From an uncultured Thermoplasmata archaeon (lineage in GTDB: Archaea; Thermoplasmatota; Thermoplasmata; Lutacidiplasmatales; UBA184), in contig CAWCRH010000006.1 of NCBI GenBank assembly GCA_963797975.1, forward strand, positions 347,967-411,966: 64,000 nt of DNA, written 5' to 3'. The position numbers were made by a program, and so were the translations under genes. Positions 10,954 through 20,340 of this stretch are shown here, piece by piece. The first letter of the stretch is position 1, and every line of letters begins with the position of its first letter. The notes beneath the pieces are model-generated. The model saw only the letters and a list, made by a program, of their open reading frames with translations, was not told where the DNA came from and searched no databases.

Positions 10954-11523
10954 TCAGCCGGTCGAGCGCGGGCGGAGCCGGTCGGCGAACTTCTTTCGGA
11001 ACGCGGCCATCTTAGGAGCGATCACCAATTGGCAGTACCCGCGCTCGGGGTGGCGTTGGTAGTAGTTGCGGTGGTACTCCTCGGCCGGGTAGAAGACCGA
11101 GTACGGAACGATCTCGGTCACGATCTTCCGCCGCCACACCCGCTCGGCCCCCATCGCGTGGACGACCGTCTCCGCTTCCGAGCGCTGGCCCTCGTCGTGG
11201 TAGAAGATCGAAGAACGGTACTGCGTCCCCGCATCGTGGCCCTGTCGGTTGAGCGTGGTCGGGTCGTGGGTCGAGAAGAAGATGAGCAGCAGATCTCCGT
11301 AGCTCACGACCGTCGGGTCGAAGGCGATCTCGACCGCCTCGGCGTGGCCGGTCGTTCCCGTGCAGACCGCTTCGTACGATGGGTTCGCCACATGACCGCC
11401 GGTGTACCCCGGCGTCACTGAGCGGACGCCGTTCAGCTCGGAGAAGACCGCCTCGGTGCACCAAAAGCAACCTGCGGCGAACGTCGCGGCCCCCTTCGCG
11501 GACGGTCCCGTCGGATCGGCCAA
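10954..11523 (-). CDS. msrA: Peptide-methionine (S)-S-oxide reductase
   Basis: 189-aa ORF with the GCFWCTEAVF active-site motif and PGYTGGHVANPSYEAVCTGTTGHAEAV. Confidence 0.9.
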   Translation of the reverse strand: MADPTGPSAKGAATFAAGCFWCTEAVFSELNGVRSVTPGYTGGHVANPSYEAVCTGTTGHAEAVEIAFDPTVVSYGDLLLIFFSTHDPTTLNRQGHDAGTQYRSSIFYHDEGQRSEAETVVHAMGAERVWRRKIVTEIVPYSVFYPAEEYHRNYYQRHPERGYCQLVIAPKMAAFRKKFADRLRPRSTG

Positions 11524-11529
11524 TGTGGA

Positions 11530-12186
11530 TCACGCTCCGGCGTGGGCAACGGTCGTCACGTTCGCCTTCTCGAGAGGGACCCGCTCGTGGAGCGCTCCGA
11601 CCACATCGTGCAGTGTCGATTCGGGGAACAGGCCGCGTAAGTCGAGGGAGATCGAGTGGCGTCGCTCCCGGTGCAGGCGGCGGATGACGATGTCCGCGTG
11701 GAGGTTGCCGCGAGCTCCGAGCCGGAGCGAGAACGACCGGGCCTTGACGGCCTCCTTCCACGCTGGACTGTCCAGCGCTCGGAGGAACTGGCCGAGCGGC
11801 GTTTCCGACCCTGACCGACCTCCATCGGGCAGAGGGAGCCAGCCCCCCGGCTCGGCCTCCCAGTGAAAGACACGCAGGAAGCCGACCGAGCTGAACGCGT
11901 GCAGGACCGCCCCCGTGAGCTTGAGGAGGTCGGGGGCCTCCTCGATCTCCCGCTCGCGGAGCGCCTTCTCGATCCGCCGAAGGACGGGCGAGGTTCCCGC
12001 TGCGAGGGACTCGGGACGAAGGTCGATCTCGAGGTGGACGTGGGTGTACGGTCGTTGGCGGTGGCGACGGGTGGAGCGCGGTCCGGCCACCGGCCAGTTC
12101 AGGAAGGAGACCGGCCCGACCAGGTCCGGGGCCGAGGCACCGGTAGGAGGGAACGATGGGGGGCTCATGGAAGGGCCGATGCGCAC
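11530..12186 (-). CDS. Hypothetical protein
   Basis: 218-aa ORF sitting 6 nt upstream of msrA on the same strand. No family was recognised. Confidence 0.45.
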   Translation of the reverse strand: MRIGPSMSPPSFPPTGASAPDLVGPVSFLNWPVAGPRSTRRHRQRPYTHVHLEIDLRPESLAAGTSPVLRRIEKALREREIEEAPDLLKLTGAVLHAFSSVGFLRVFHWEAEPGGWLPLPDGGRSGSETPLGQFLRALDSPAWKEAVKARSFSLRLGARGNLHADIVIRRLHRERRHSISLDLRGLFPESTLHDVVGALHERVPLEKANVTTVAHAGA

Positions 12187-12217
12187 AACCCCATGAGGCT
12201 TTGCCGCGCGGGTCTCC

Positions 12218-13858
12218 TCAACTCGAGGCCGGGTCGAACAAGCGGTCGAAGAGACCGATCGGCGGACATCCGAAACCGAGCAGGGTGTCGTGGAAACCGC
12301 GCAACGAACCTCCGAACTTCGGCTGGAGGTAGCGCTTCCGGGCCTCGAGGATCGCGAGCTTGCCCAACGTGTAGCAGAAGTACTCGGGGTTGAAGGTCCC
12401 TCGGATCGCCTCGCGCTCCGCGGGGAGACGTTCGAAGTGGGCTTCGCGCTGGAAGAGCTGGGTCGCCTGCTCCACGGTCATCCCGCGGGTGTGCAGGCCG
12501 ATCGACGCGATCAGGCGGCAGTCCCGCAGCAGCGCGTCGTGGATCTGCGCCACCTCGGCCTCGACTCCGGGGGAACCGAACCCTTCCTCGATCACGAGCT
12601 GCTCGGCGTAGTGGGCCCATCCCTCGACGAAGGAGGGGGAGAGGTAGGCCTTGCGTGCGAGGGAGAGCGAGGCTGCTCGGAAATGCAGGAACTGCAGGTA
12701 GTGCCCGGGGTAGACCTCGTGGACGGTGATGTTCCCTAGCATCGTCCGGTTCAAGGAGCGCAGCCATTCCTCCTGCTGGTGCGGGCTCCACTGGGCATCG
12801 ACGGGCGTCACGTAGTAGATCCCTTCCCCGCTCGTCGTGTCGAAGGGGCCCGGGGAGTCCATGCTGGCGGTAGAGAGGGCTCGGCCCCACGCCGGCGTCT
12901 CCTCCACGCGGGTCTTTGCGTCGTGAGGAACGGTCGCGAGCCCGTGCTCTTCCACGAACCGCCGGGCCCCGTCCACGAGGGCGCGGGCCGAGGGGATGAG
13001 TGCGGAAGCGGAAGGGTGGTCCCGATAGAGACCTTCGAGAAGCCGGGGGATGGTGGCATGGGCCTCTCGCGCGATCTGCTCCAGCCGGCGTTGGTTCCGC
13101 TCGAGGTCGGCGCGTCCCGCTTTCTCAATCTCGTGGAAGGGACGCTCGAGTCCTTCCCGGACGAACAAGAGGCGCTGGAAGCGTTCGGGACCGAGGGCGA
13201 ACTCGTCGTTGGCGCGCGGCAGGTACTCGTCGCGGAGCGCCTGCAGGAAGTGGGAGAGCGCGGGCTCGGCGAGGTGGCGGGCGGCGGAGACCCGGTCGCC
13301 GAGCGCTCGGTCCGCGCGTCTCGCGAACTCTTCGGCTTCGGCAAAATGGGCGGGGAGGCCGGAGCCCATCGAGACCGCGAGCTGGAGGAAGGGCTTCGCG
13401 AGCACGGGCCTGAGCCGCCGAAGGCCCGCGTCCAGGTAGGCGGGGACCGCCTCCAGGATGGTTACGATCCCGCGGACACGCTCGGGAACGGGCGCGTAGT
13501 CTCGGGCGATGTACGATGTCAGCGACAGGGCGCCGAGGTAGGCCATCGGATTGCGGTCCAGGTCAGCGCTGTCCGCGAGGTCGAAACGGGCGCTCTCGAG
13601 CAGCAACCGCAGGAGGAAGAGGTCGATCTGACGGTCCGTCGGGACCTGGTCGCGAGCGATCGACGCGCGCTGGGCCTCGAGCGGCTGGGCTTCATCGAGC
13701 CAGCGGTCGGTCGATTCGCGGGCCACGAGGGGCAGCCGACCATCGTAGGCATGCAGCCCGAGGCTGACCGCGTAGTGGGGGTAGAGGACGAACATGTGCT
13801 CGACGATCTGCTGCTCGATCGCATCGATGGACCCCGCGTTCGAAGGAGAAGGCGTCAT
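12218..13858 (-). CDS. DUF885 family protein (putative metallopeptidase-like)
   Basis: 546-aa ORF. ITVHEVYPGHYLQF resembles the conserved HE..PGH..Q block of DUF885, and the length fits. Confidence 0.65.
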   Translation of the reverse strand: MTPSPSNAGSIDAIEQQIVEHMFVLYPHYAVSLGLHAYDGRLPLVARESTDRWLDEAQPLEAQRASIARDQVPTDRQIDLFLLRLLLESARFDLADSADLDRNPMAYLGALSLTSYIARDYAPVPERVRGIVTILEAVPAYLDAGLRRLRPVLAKPFLQLAVSMGSGLPAHFAEAEEFARRADRALGDRVSAARHLAEPALSHFLQALRDEYLPRANDEFALGPERFQRLLFVREGLERPFHEIEKAGRADLERNQRRLEQIAREAHATIPRLLEGLYRDHPSASALIPSARALVDGARRFVEEHGLATVPHDAKTRVEETPAWGRALSTASMDSPGPFDTTSGEGIYYVTPVDAQWSPHQQEEWLRSLNRTMLGNITVHEVYPGHYLQFLHFRAASLSLARKAYLSPSFVEGWAHYAEQLVIEEGFGSPGVEAEVAQIHDALLRDCRLIASIGLHTRGMTVEQATQLFQREAHFERLPAEREAIRGTFNPEYFCYTLGKLAILEARKRYLQPKFGGSLRGFHDTLLGFGCPPIGLFDRLFDPASS

Positions 13859-13949
13859 GGGCGATTCCCCCGACCTCCCCGCGCGGTCTAAAGGCTAGCG
13901 CGTAGCTCGGCGCGGCACCCTTTTTTGCTTGGGGCCATACCGTCGCTCG

Positions 13950-14411
13950 ATGGCGACACGGACGTCTCGGCTCGCCGAGCTCGGAATCGTTCTTCCCCCA
14001 CCTCCGCAGCCTCGAGGCACGTACGTTCCTGTGGTCGTCGCGGGCGGGATGGCCTGGGTCGCAGGGCAGATCACGCTCGACGAGCACGGGGTCGTTCAAC
14101 CTGGGTTGGTCGACCGGGACGTCTCCCTCCACGACGCCCAAGTGCTCGCGCGACGTGCGGCGCTCCAAGCCTTGAGCGCACTGAATGTGACCCTGCGCTC
14201 GCTCGACCGGATACGACGCGTGGTACGGGTCGCAGTCTACGTCGCGTCGTCCCCGGGCTTTGTCCACCAGCACGACGTTGGTAACGGGGCGACGGACCTC
14301 TTGGTCGAGATCTTCGGAGACGCGGGGCGACCGGCGCGGGTCTCGATGGGGGTTGCGAGCCTTCCGCTCAACGCTCCGGTGGAGGTTGAGGTCGCGGTCG
14401 CCATCGACTGA
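13950..14411 (+). CDS. RidA/YjgF/UK114 family protein
   Basis: LPPPPQPRGTYVPVVVAGGMAWVAGQ...RVVRVAVYVASSPGF...ARVSMGVASLPLNAPVEVEV fits the RidA-like fold pattern. An ATG at 13950 lies inside the TTG-started track ORF 13929. Confidence 0.7.
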   Translation: MATRTSRLAELGIVLPPPPQPRGTYVPVVVAGGMAWVAGQITLDEHGVVQPGLVDRDVSLHDAQVLARRAALQALSALNVTLRSLDRIRRVVRVAVYVASSPGFVHQHDVGNGATDLLVEIFGDAGRPARVSMGVASLPLNAPVEVEVAVAID

Positions 14412-14413
14412 GC

Positions 14414-15085
14414 GTGCGGAGCAACGTGGAGACGACGGGGTGGTCCGGGGTCCGCCGGGACGGACGTGACCTGTTCACGGCGAACGCTCGCCCCGGGGAG
14501 CGCGTGTACGGCGAGGTCGTGCGCACGATCGACGGGATCGAGTACCGTCACTGGGACCCGTTCCGTTCGAAGCTCGCGGCCTATCTTCTTCGGGCCGATC
14601 CCCCCACGGCACCGTGGTCTCCCGGAGGTTCGGTCCTCTACCTCGGAGGCGGGCACGGTACGACGGTGAGCCATATGTCGGACCTGGTCGGGTCCGGGGC
14701 CATCTTCGTCGTAGAGAAGAGCCCCACCGCGTTCGCCCCGCTCCTCGCCCTCGCTCGGAAACGGCCCAACCTGTTCCCGATCCTCGCCGACGCGCAGCTT
14801 CCCGAGCGCTACCAATCGGACGTCGGTCGGGTGGAGTTCATCTACCAGGACGTCGCCCAGCGCAACCAGGCGGGGATCTTCGTCGAGAACGTGCGGGCCT
14901 GCCTCGCTCCCGGAGGACAGGGCCTCCTCATGCTCAAGGTGCGGTCGGTGACGCAGCGGCGTCCGGCGAACGCGATCGTCCGGGAGGCTCGCAATGAGGT
15001 GGGACGGGCCGGCCTCACGGTCGCCGCAGAATGTTCCCTCTCGCCGTTCTCGAAAGAGCACGTCGCGCTCGCGGTCACGAGCTGA
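14414..15085 (+). CDS. flpA: Fibrillarin-like rRNA/tRNA 2'-O-methyltransferase
   Basis: GERVYGE...GIEYRHWDPFRSKLAAYLL...VLYLGGGHGTTVSHMSDLVG...FPILADAQLPERY...IYQDVAQRNQAGIF are classic archaeal fibrillarin blocks. Confidence 0.9.
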   Translation: MRSNVETTGWSGVRRDGRDLFTANARPGERVYGEVVRTIDGIEYRHWDPFRSKLAAYLLRADPPTAPWSPGGSVLYLGGGHGTTVSHMSDLVGSGAIFVVEKSPTAFAPLLALARKRPNLFPILADAQLPERYQSDVGRVEFIYQDVAQRNQAGIFVENVRACLAPGGQGLLMLKVRSVTQRRPANAIVREARNEVGRAGLTVAAECSLSPFSKEHVALAVTS

Positions 15086-15175
15086 CCCGCCCAACGGTCC
15101 TGAGCACCTTCCAGCATTCGCGACCTCGCAACGCCCCAAGTAGGCCGACCCGGGTCGGAGGGTCGGCGATGAGCT

Positions 15176-15487
15176 ATGGGTGGTGCGAGAGAACGAGGGG
15201 CTGCGGCCCGAAGGCGCGAGACGAGCGCGGGACGGAGAGCGACCCAGGCTATCTCCTGGAACTCGAAGAGGGAAGCGACCGATGTGCTACGACGGATCCT
15301 CGAGACGACCGGCTGGGTGGACCGCCCCGCGGTCGAGGTCCAGGCGGAGGGGTACGGCGTGTCGTGGCGCTCGGTGCGCCATGAGATCGACCGACTGATC
15401 CGAGCGGGCCGGATCCGCACGCGCACGCGGCCGGGCGGGTTCGAGCGGATCGCGTGGGTCCCCGCGTCCCAAGCCGAGGGACCATGA
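15176..15487 (+). CDS. Small winged-helix-like protein; first gene of the T4SS-like operon
   Basis: 103-aa ORF. The C-terminal 65 aa (VLRRILETTGWVDRP...WRSVRHEIDRLIRAGRIRTRTRPGG) look like a wHTH. Its stop overlaps the next start (ATGA at 15484-15487). The start codon is uncertain. Confidence 0.5.
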   Translation: MGGARERGAAARRRETSAGRRATQAISWNSKREATDVLRRILETTGWVDRPAVEVQAEGYGVSWRSVRHEIDRLIRAGRIRTRTRPGGFERIAWVPASQAEGP

Positions 15488-15879
15488 GGCGCGCGTTCGC
15501 TCACGTCGCCCTCGCCTTGCTCGTGGTGGGAATTCTCCTGGGGATTGGCGGCAGTTGGACGTCCTCCGCCCCGACCGGGCTGGCCGCGCATGCGGTGGGG
15601 CTGGCGGGAACGAACCCACCCGCGGCCTCCTCTTCGAACCCGGTGTCGAACTTCACGAGCTCGATCAATCGCCTGGTCGAGCTCGTCGCCGCCGCCGGCG
15701 GAGGGATCCTCGCGCTGGTCTGGGCGCGGGTCGCGATGAGCTGGTTCTCGAATGACATCACGAAGAAGGTCCAGGCGAAGGACCGGGCCCGTGACGCGCT
15801 CGTTGGGACCCTCGTCTTCACGGCGGCGATCACCGGGCTCGTCTGGGGTCTCGCTCAGTGGGTGTTGACCGGGGCATGA
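15484..15879 (+). CDS. VirB2/TrbC/CedA1-like pilin candidate (signal peptide plus two hydrophobic helices)
   Basis: MRRAFAHVALALLVVGILLGIGG is signal-like. Two hydrophobic helices follow: LVELVAAAGGGILALVWARVAM and LVGTLVFTAAITGLVWGLAQWVL. The size (131 aa) and topology fit T4SS pilins. The call is based on topology only. Confidence 0.55.
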   Translation: MRRAFAHVALALLVVGILLGIGGSWTSSAPTGLAAHAVGLAGTNPPAASSSNPVSNFTSSINRLVELVAAAGGGILALVWARVAMSWFSNDITKKVQAKDRARDALVGTLVFTAAITGLVWGLAQWVLTGA

Positions 15880-15891
15880 GGCGGGGCAACG

Positions 15892-17010
15892 ATGGACCTG
15901 GGCTCGATCGGATCGATCGTTCAGGCGATCCTCTTCGCCTTCTTCGCGCTTCTCACGGCCGCGCTGGCAGCGATCGTCGGACCGACCTACGACAACCTGG
16001 TCGTTCCCGAGTTGCAGACCGGCCAGCTTTTTCCCTCCCTCACGAGCGCGGCCGGAGGGGGACCCGGCTACCTGGTCCAGGCGTCCCACTTCAGCTCGTA
16101 CCTCTTGGTCTCGGTCGTCGACCCCCTGATCGCCCTGGTCGCAGTGGGATTGGGCCTCGTCTACCTCTCTCGAGCGCTCTGGTCACGCTCCGGCCCGTGG
16201 GCCGAGGGGCTGATCGCCCGATTCGTCATCGCGGTGGTCCTCGCGAACTTCGCGGTGCCCATCGCGGGAGGAATCCTCGGCGTGGCCGGCGCCGTCTATC
16301 CGGTGGTCGCCGGCTGGGACGGGGGTGCCTGGCAGCACTGGACGAACCTCGCCGGGTACGGAGAGTTCTCGCTCTCCTGGCAGAACGGGGCGCTCGCCTT
16401 CGTCCTCGCGTTCGTCGAGTTCTCGGTCGTGCTCCTGCTGGCCCTGATGATCGGGCTCCGGGACGCGACCCTCGCGGTGCTCCTGGTCCTTCTCCCGCTG
16501 TTCACGCTCGTCTGGCCGCTCAAGCCGCTCTCCCCGCTGGCCCGCAGGGGCTGGCTGCTCTTCGGGGAACTCGCCTTCTTGCCGTGCGTCCTGGTCGTCC
16601 CGCTCGAGCTCGCGGTGGGCAGCGCGAACGTCATCATGCTCATCGCCTACCTCTCGCTCGCGCTCGCCTCCCCGTTCCTCCTCTCGGTGGCCGGCACTCA
16701 CCTACCCTCGCTCGGCTTCCCGTCGGTGGGACCCGCTCTCACGGGAGGGGTGGAGCGGGGTCTGCTCGGAGCGTCGCGCTCCTCCAGCGCCACGTTCTCC
16801 GGGCTCGGCTCGGGCGGTGGGGGTGCCAGCGTCGCGGAGACGGCTGGCGGCCTCGCCCGCAACGCGGGGGCGGTCACGCTCCCGGCGTCGGCCCCGATGC
16901 TCGTCGCCGACGCGATCGGGCGCGGTGCCTCCCACCTGGCCCGTCACATCCGGGCCCCGAAGGAGGACCGACCCCGATTCGCGCCGGTCAAGCCCGGAGA
17001 AGGCGGCTGA
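15892..17010 (+). CDS. Polytopic membrane protein (in the VirB6/TrbL/CedA-like position)
   Basis: 372-aa ORF with at least 6 long hydrophobic segments followed by a Gly/Ser-rich tail. It lies between the pilin-like gene and the ATPase. Confidence 0.5.
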   Translation: MDLGSIGSIVQAILFAFFALLTAALAAIVGPTYDNLVVPELQTGQLFPSLTSAAGGGPGYLVQASHFSSYLLVSVVDPLIALVAVGLGLVYLSRALWSRSGPWAEGLIARFVIAVVLANFAVPIAGGILGVAGAVYPVVAGWDGGAWQHWTNLAGYGEFSLSWQNGALAFVLAFVEFSVVLLLALMIGLRDATLAVLLVLLPLFTLVWPLKPLSPLARRGWLLFGELAFLPCVLVVPLELAVGSANVIMLIAYLSLALASPFLLSVAGTHLPSLGFPSVGPALTGGVERGLLGASRSSSATFSGLGSGGGGASVAETAGGLARNAGAVTLPASAPMLVADAIGRGASHLARHIRAPKEDRPRFAPVKPGEGG

Positions 17011-17011
17011 G

Positions 17012-17795
17012 ATGTACGAGACCGCCGGACCCCCTCGGGTCGGCCTTCGCACGAGCGCAGAGCGTCGCCTTCGTTTCGGACCGTTCCCTTCCGTGGGCGA
17101 CGCCATGCGATTCGTCGGATACGCGGCTGTCGGAGCCCTGGTCATCCCCTGGCTGGGCACCCTCGCCTGGCTCCCGATCCTCGCCGCCGGCTTCGTTCTC
17201 GCGGTCTGGCAGCCGGGAGGCATCGCGCTGGACGCACGCCTCTTCGCCCACATCGCCTGGTGGGAGCGAGCGCTCCAGCCCTGGGAGGTGCGGATGAGTT
17301 CGCGGGGGCGCAGCGTTCACGGCGGGAAGGCACGCGTCGACCCCGGCTGTCTCGTAACGGTCCTTAAGTGCGGCGGCCGGCCGATCGCTTTCCTCCCACC
17401 GGAAGAGCTCCACCAAAAGTTCCGCCAGTACCCGTGAACTCCTCCGCTCGCTGGACGAGGGGATCGTCCTCGTCGGGGTCGGTCTCCCGGTCGACTCACG
17501 GCCATGGGTCCCGCCGGATCCGACCTCGGAAGGTCCGGACGGGATGGCGCGGGCGGGATACGCCGAGATGGTCGGCGTCCTTTGTCGCCACCGCCAAAGC
17601 CGCCGTGTCTACCTCCTCCAGTGGGCCCTCGAAGGAGAAGGGGACTCCTCGACGAAGCTCGAGGAGCGGACCGGGGCGCTCGCGGAGCGCCTGGAGGGAC
17701 TGGGCGTCTCGCCCGTACGGCTCGAGGGTGCTGCGTTGGGCGCCGCCCTCACCCGCTTCGGGTGGAACGAAGTAGGCACCGCGGAGGGTCGATGA
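17012..17795 (+). pseudogene. 2-TM membrane protein (VirB3/PrgI-like position) with a soluble C-terminal domain. It is split by a +1 frameshift at 17432 as assembled.
   Basis: The ORF from 17012 stops at TGA 17435-17437 right after CAGTACCCG. Skipping c17432 reads on without stops as ...HQKFRQYRELLRSLDEGIVLVGVGLPV... into track ORF 17544..17795. Its stop overlaps the next start (ATGA at 17792). Confidence 0.55.
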
Positions 17796-18154
17796 AGGGG
17801 GCGGGTCCCGCAACGGCGTTGGATGTCGATCCTTGCGGCCTCGCAATCCTCCTCGCCGTCGTGACCGGGCTCGCAGCGATCATCGACAGCGCGCTCGCGG
17901 CCCTTACCCTCGTCCTCGTCGCGCTCGGTCTAGGTGCGTTCATGATCGGCCTGCGTCCGCGTCACGCCGGTCGACTCGTGATCGACGCTCGGACCGTCGC
18001 CGCACTTTCGATGCTGGCGCTCGGGGTAGTGGCCTTCTTCTCGCTGCCCTCGAACGTCGCACCGTTGCGCGCGTTTCTCCTCGGAGTTTCCGCGACCCCG
18101 CTATGGTGGGCGCATCGAGCGCTCTCCCCGGGTCGGTTGGGAGGTCGGGCGTGA
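17792..18154 (+). CDS. Small membrane protein (3-4 TM) of the T4SS-like operon
   Basis: MKGAGPATALDVDPCGLAILLAVVTGLAAII... is a hydrophobic 120-aa product. It has an ATGA overlap upstream and a GTGA overlap with the ATPase start downstream. Confidence 0.5.
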   Translation: MKGAGPATALDVDPCGLAILLAVVTGLAAIIDSALAALTLVLVALGLGAFMIGLRPRHAGRLVIDARTVAALSMLALGVVAFFSLPSNVAPLRAFLLGVSATPLWWAHRALSPGRLGGRA

Positions 18155-19842
18155 GCGACATTCGCCTTCCCACGGTGGAAGGGCCGGGGTGGCTTAGGCT
18201 CCCACGACGTACCGTCGCCCCGGTGGTGCTCGCGGGCCTGCCTCCCGAGGTCGCCTTCGGTTTCCTCGGTCGGATCGCGCCGACCTCGGAGGCGACGACG
18301 TTCTACATCGAGGCCCACCCGATCTCCTCCCCGCACGCCCTCGAGATCCTGCACGGGGCGCGCGCGGTCGCACAGGTCGAGCTCGCCCGGGGCGGCGCGG
18401 ACGACGCACGGGCCGCGGAGCTCGAGGAGGAACGGACGGCAGCCGAAGAGCTGGGTCGCCAAGTGGCGTCCCGGGAGCAAGAGCTCTGGCGAGTCGGTCT
18501 TCGATTCGATGCTCACGGAGGTTCGCCGGCCGAAGCCGAACGGGCCCGAGGCGCCCTCGAGAATCGTCTGGCCGCTCTCGGGTTCCGTTCCCGGGTCCCT
18601 CGATACCAGGTCCGCATGGCTATCGACCCGCCGGACCTGGGTCAGCTTCACCCGCGACCGAAGGGATTCTACCACACGCTCTCCACCGACGGGGTCGCCG
18701 CGTTCTACCCGTTCATCGACGAGACGATCTTGGAGCGCGGAGGGACGCTCGTCGGCCTCGCCCTCGAGGACGCCGCGCCCATCTTCATCGACCGATGGGC
18801 GCACGGAAGTTACTCGTGGGGGATCTTCGGGGCGACGGGCAGCGGTAAGTCGTTCCTGGCGGCGCTCACGCTGCAGCGCACGGTTTGGCTAAAGCCCGAG
18901 ACGACCGTCATCGTCCTCGACCCGTTGGGAGAGTTCGGCGGCTGGGCCGAGGCGCTCGGTGGGAGCGTCCTCAGGCTGGACGGGACCCCCGGCCTTCGTC
19001 TCAACCCTCTCGACCCGGTCACCACGGGAGGGGATCGCCAGGAGAAGGCCGGTCGCGTCGCGGCGATGCTTCGAGCGCTCTTCCCGACGCTGCGGGACGA
19101 GGAAGCCGCGACCCTCGACGCGGCCGTGAGCCATCTCTACGACCAGGGGCCGGACGTACCGACCCTCTCCGATCTATCGGCGGAGATCGTTCGGCGAGGC
19201 GCGGATAGCGGCCGGCTCACGACCCTCCTCGAGGTTTTTCGCTCCGGCTCGCTCCGGTCGCTGGACGGTATGACCACGGTGGCGGAGTCGGCGAGCCCCG
19301 TCGTGGTCGACTTTCGAGGCGTTGCGGAGGACCATCTCCCGTTCCATCTCGCCTACGTGCTCGACTGGGCCTACGGGCGCCTCAAGGACCGACCGGGCCC
19401 GAAGCTCCTCGTCGTCGACGAAGCCCACCTGCTCGCGCGCCACGGGTCGACCAGTGAGTTCCTCGACCGGGTCGTCCGCCACGTTCGGCACTTTGAGGGA
19501 GGAGTTCTCCTGTTGAGCCAACACCCGAACGATTTCCTGCGACATGCCAGCGGACGGTCACTGCTGGGCAACCTGGCGGCCAACATTCTCCTTAGGCTTC
19601 CCCCTCCCGACGGGGAGTTGGCCTCCTTCTTCGGCCTTACGCGCTCGGAGGTCGAATGGATCCCTCGCGCTCGGCTGCCGCGCGAGGCCGGGTATAGCGA
19701 GGGCCTGCTGCGCATGGGCGAGCTCCACCTTCCTCTCGCGATCGTCGCCTCGACGCCCGAGTTCGAGTTCCTCACACGGCACATGGGTGGGACACGGTCG
19801 GATGGGAGGGCTTTGGGTGCGCCTCCAACACCAGGCTTATGA
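18151..19842 (+). CDS. VirB4/TrbE/CedB-family conjugation-type ATPase
   Basis: Walker A is GIFGATGSGKSF and Walker B is KLLVVDEAHLL. A VirB4-type N-domain is present (LAGLPPEVAFGFLGRI...ELWRVGLRFDAHG...RVPRYQVRMAI), and the C-terminus reads LLLSQHPNDF. The GTG start at 18151 overlaps the preceding stop. Confidence 0.8.
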   Translation: MSDIRLPTVEGPGWLRLPRRTVAPVVLAGLPPEVAFGFLGRIAPTSEATTFYIEAHPISSPHALEILHGARAVAQVELARGGADDARAAELEEERTAAEELGRQVASREQELWRVGLRFDAHGGSPAEAERARGALENRLAALGFRSRVPRYQVRMAIDPPDLGQLHPRPKGFYHTLSTDGVAAFYPFIDETILERGGTLVGLALEDAAPIFIDRWAHGSYSWGIFGATGSGKSFLAALTLQRTVWLKPETTVIVLDPLGEFGGWAEALGGSVLRLDGTPGLRLNPLDPVTTGGDRQEKAGRVAAMLRALFPTLRDEEAATLDAAVSHLYDQGPDVPTLSDLSAEIVRRGADSGRLTTLLEVFRSGSLRSLDGMTTVAESASPVVVDFRGVAEDHLPFHLAYVLDWAYGRLKDRPGPKLLVVDEAHLLARHGSTSEFLDRVVRHVRHFEGGVLLLSQHPNDFLRHASGRSLLGNLAANILLRLPPPDGELASFFGLTRSEVEWIPRARLPREAGYSEGLLRMGELHLPLAIVASTPEFEFLTRHMGGTRSDGRALGAPPTPGL

Positions 19843-19866
19843 ACGGCTCGCTGGGGTTTCCGAGCA

Positions 19867-20340
19867 ATGCCGGACGCGGACGAGGCGACGGCTCGTCGGC
19901 CGCCCAGACGCCGCGCCCCGTGGAGCCTCCGCTCGATCGTCATCGACGTTACGGGCAAGCCGATGTCCGAGTTCCAGGAGGTCGCCCCTCCTCGGCCTCG
20001 CCCTGCGATGGTTCACCCGCAGGTGGAGAGCCCAGAGGAGGACGCCATCGACCCGGTCGACCACTTCTATCCCCCGCTCTCCGGCCCGCGGGCCCGCGCA
20101 CTCCATGGGCTGAAGATGGAGCAGCACCCCGACACCCTGGTGCGGCACCATAGCGGTCCCGTCGGAACCGAGACGCTCCGCCCCTCTCCGTCACCGCATC
20201 CGGAGCGGATCTATCTCCACTACCTTCTCCTCCACCTGGACCGGCTGAGTCTCTCTTCGCTTTGGTATCTGAGACGCCAGGTCAACGACGAGATCGCCGG
20301 CCGCGCGCGCCCTCCGTCCTCGCCCCCTCCCGCGGAATGA
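19867..20340 (+). CDS. Hypothetical protein (Pro-rich; weak coding signal)
   Basis: 157-aa ORF immediately after the ATPase. Its 3' end overlaps the convergent methyltransferase by 59 nt. No family was recognised. Confidence 0.3.
   Translation: MPDADEATARRPPRRRAPWSLRSIVIDVTGKPMSEFQEVAPPRPRPAMVHPQVESPEEDAIDPVDHFYPPLSGPRARALHGLKMEQHPDTLVRHHSGPVGTETLRPSPSPHPERIYLHYLLLHLDRLSLSSLWYLRRQVNDEIAGRARPPSSPPPAE

Noticed and set aside
14414-15085. Fibrillarin without an adjacent nop5 (Nop56/58) gene
   Set aside because: The flpA-nop5 pairing is common but not universal in archaea, and nop5 may lie elsewhere in the genome. This is not informative on its own.
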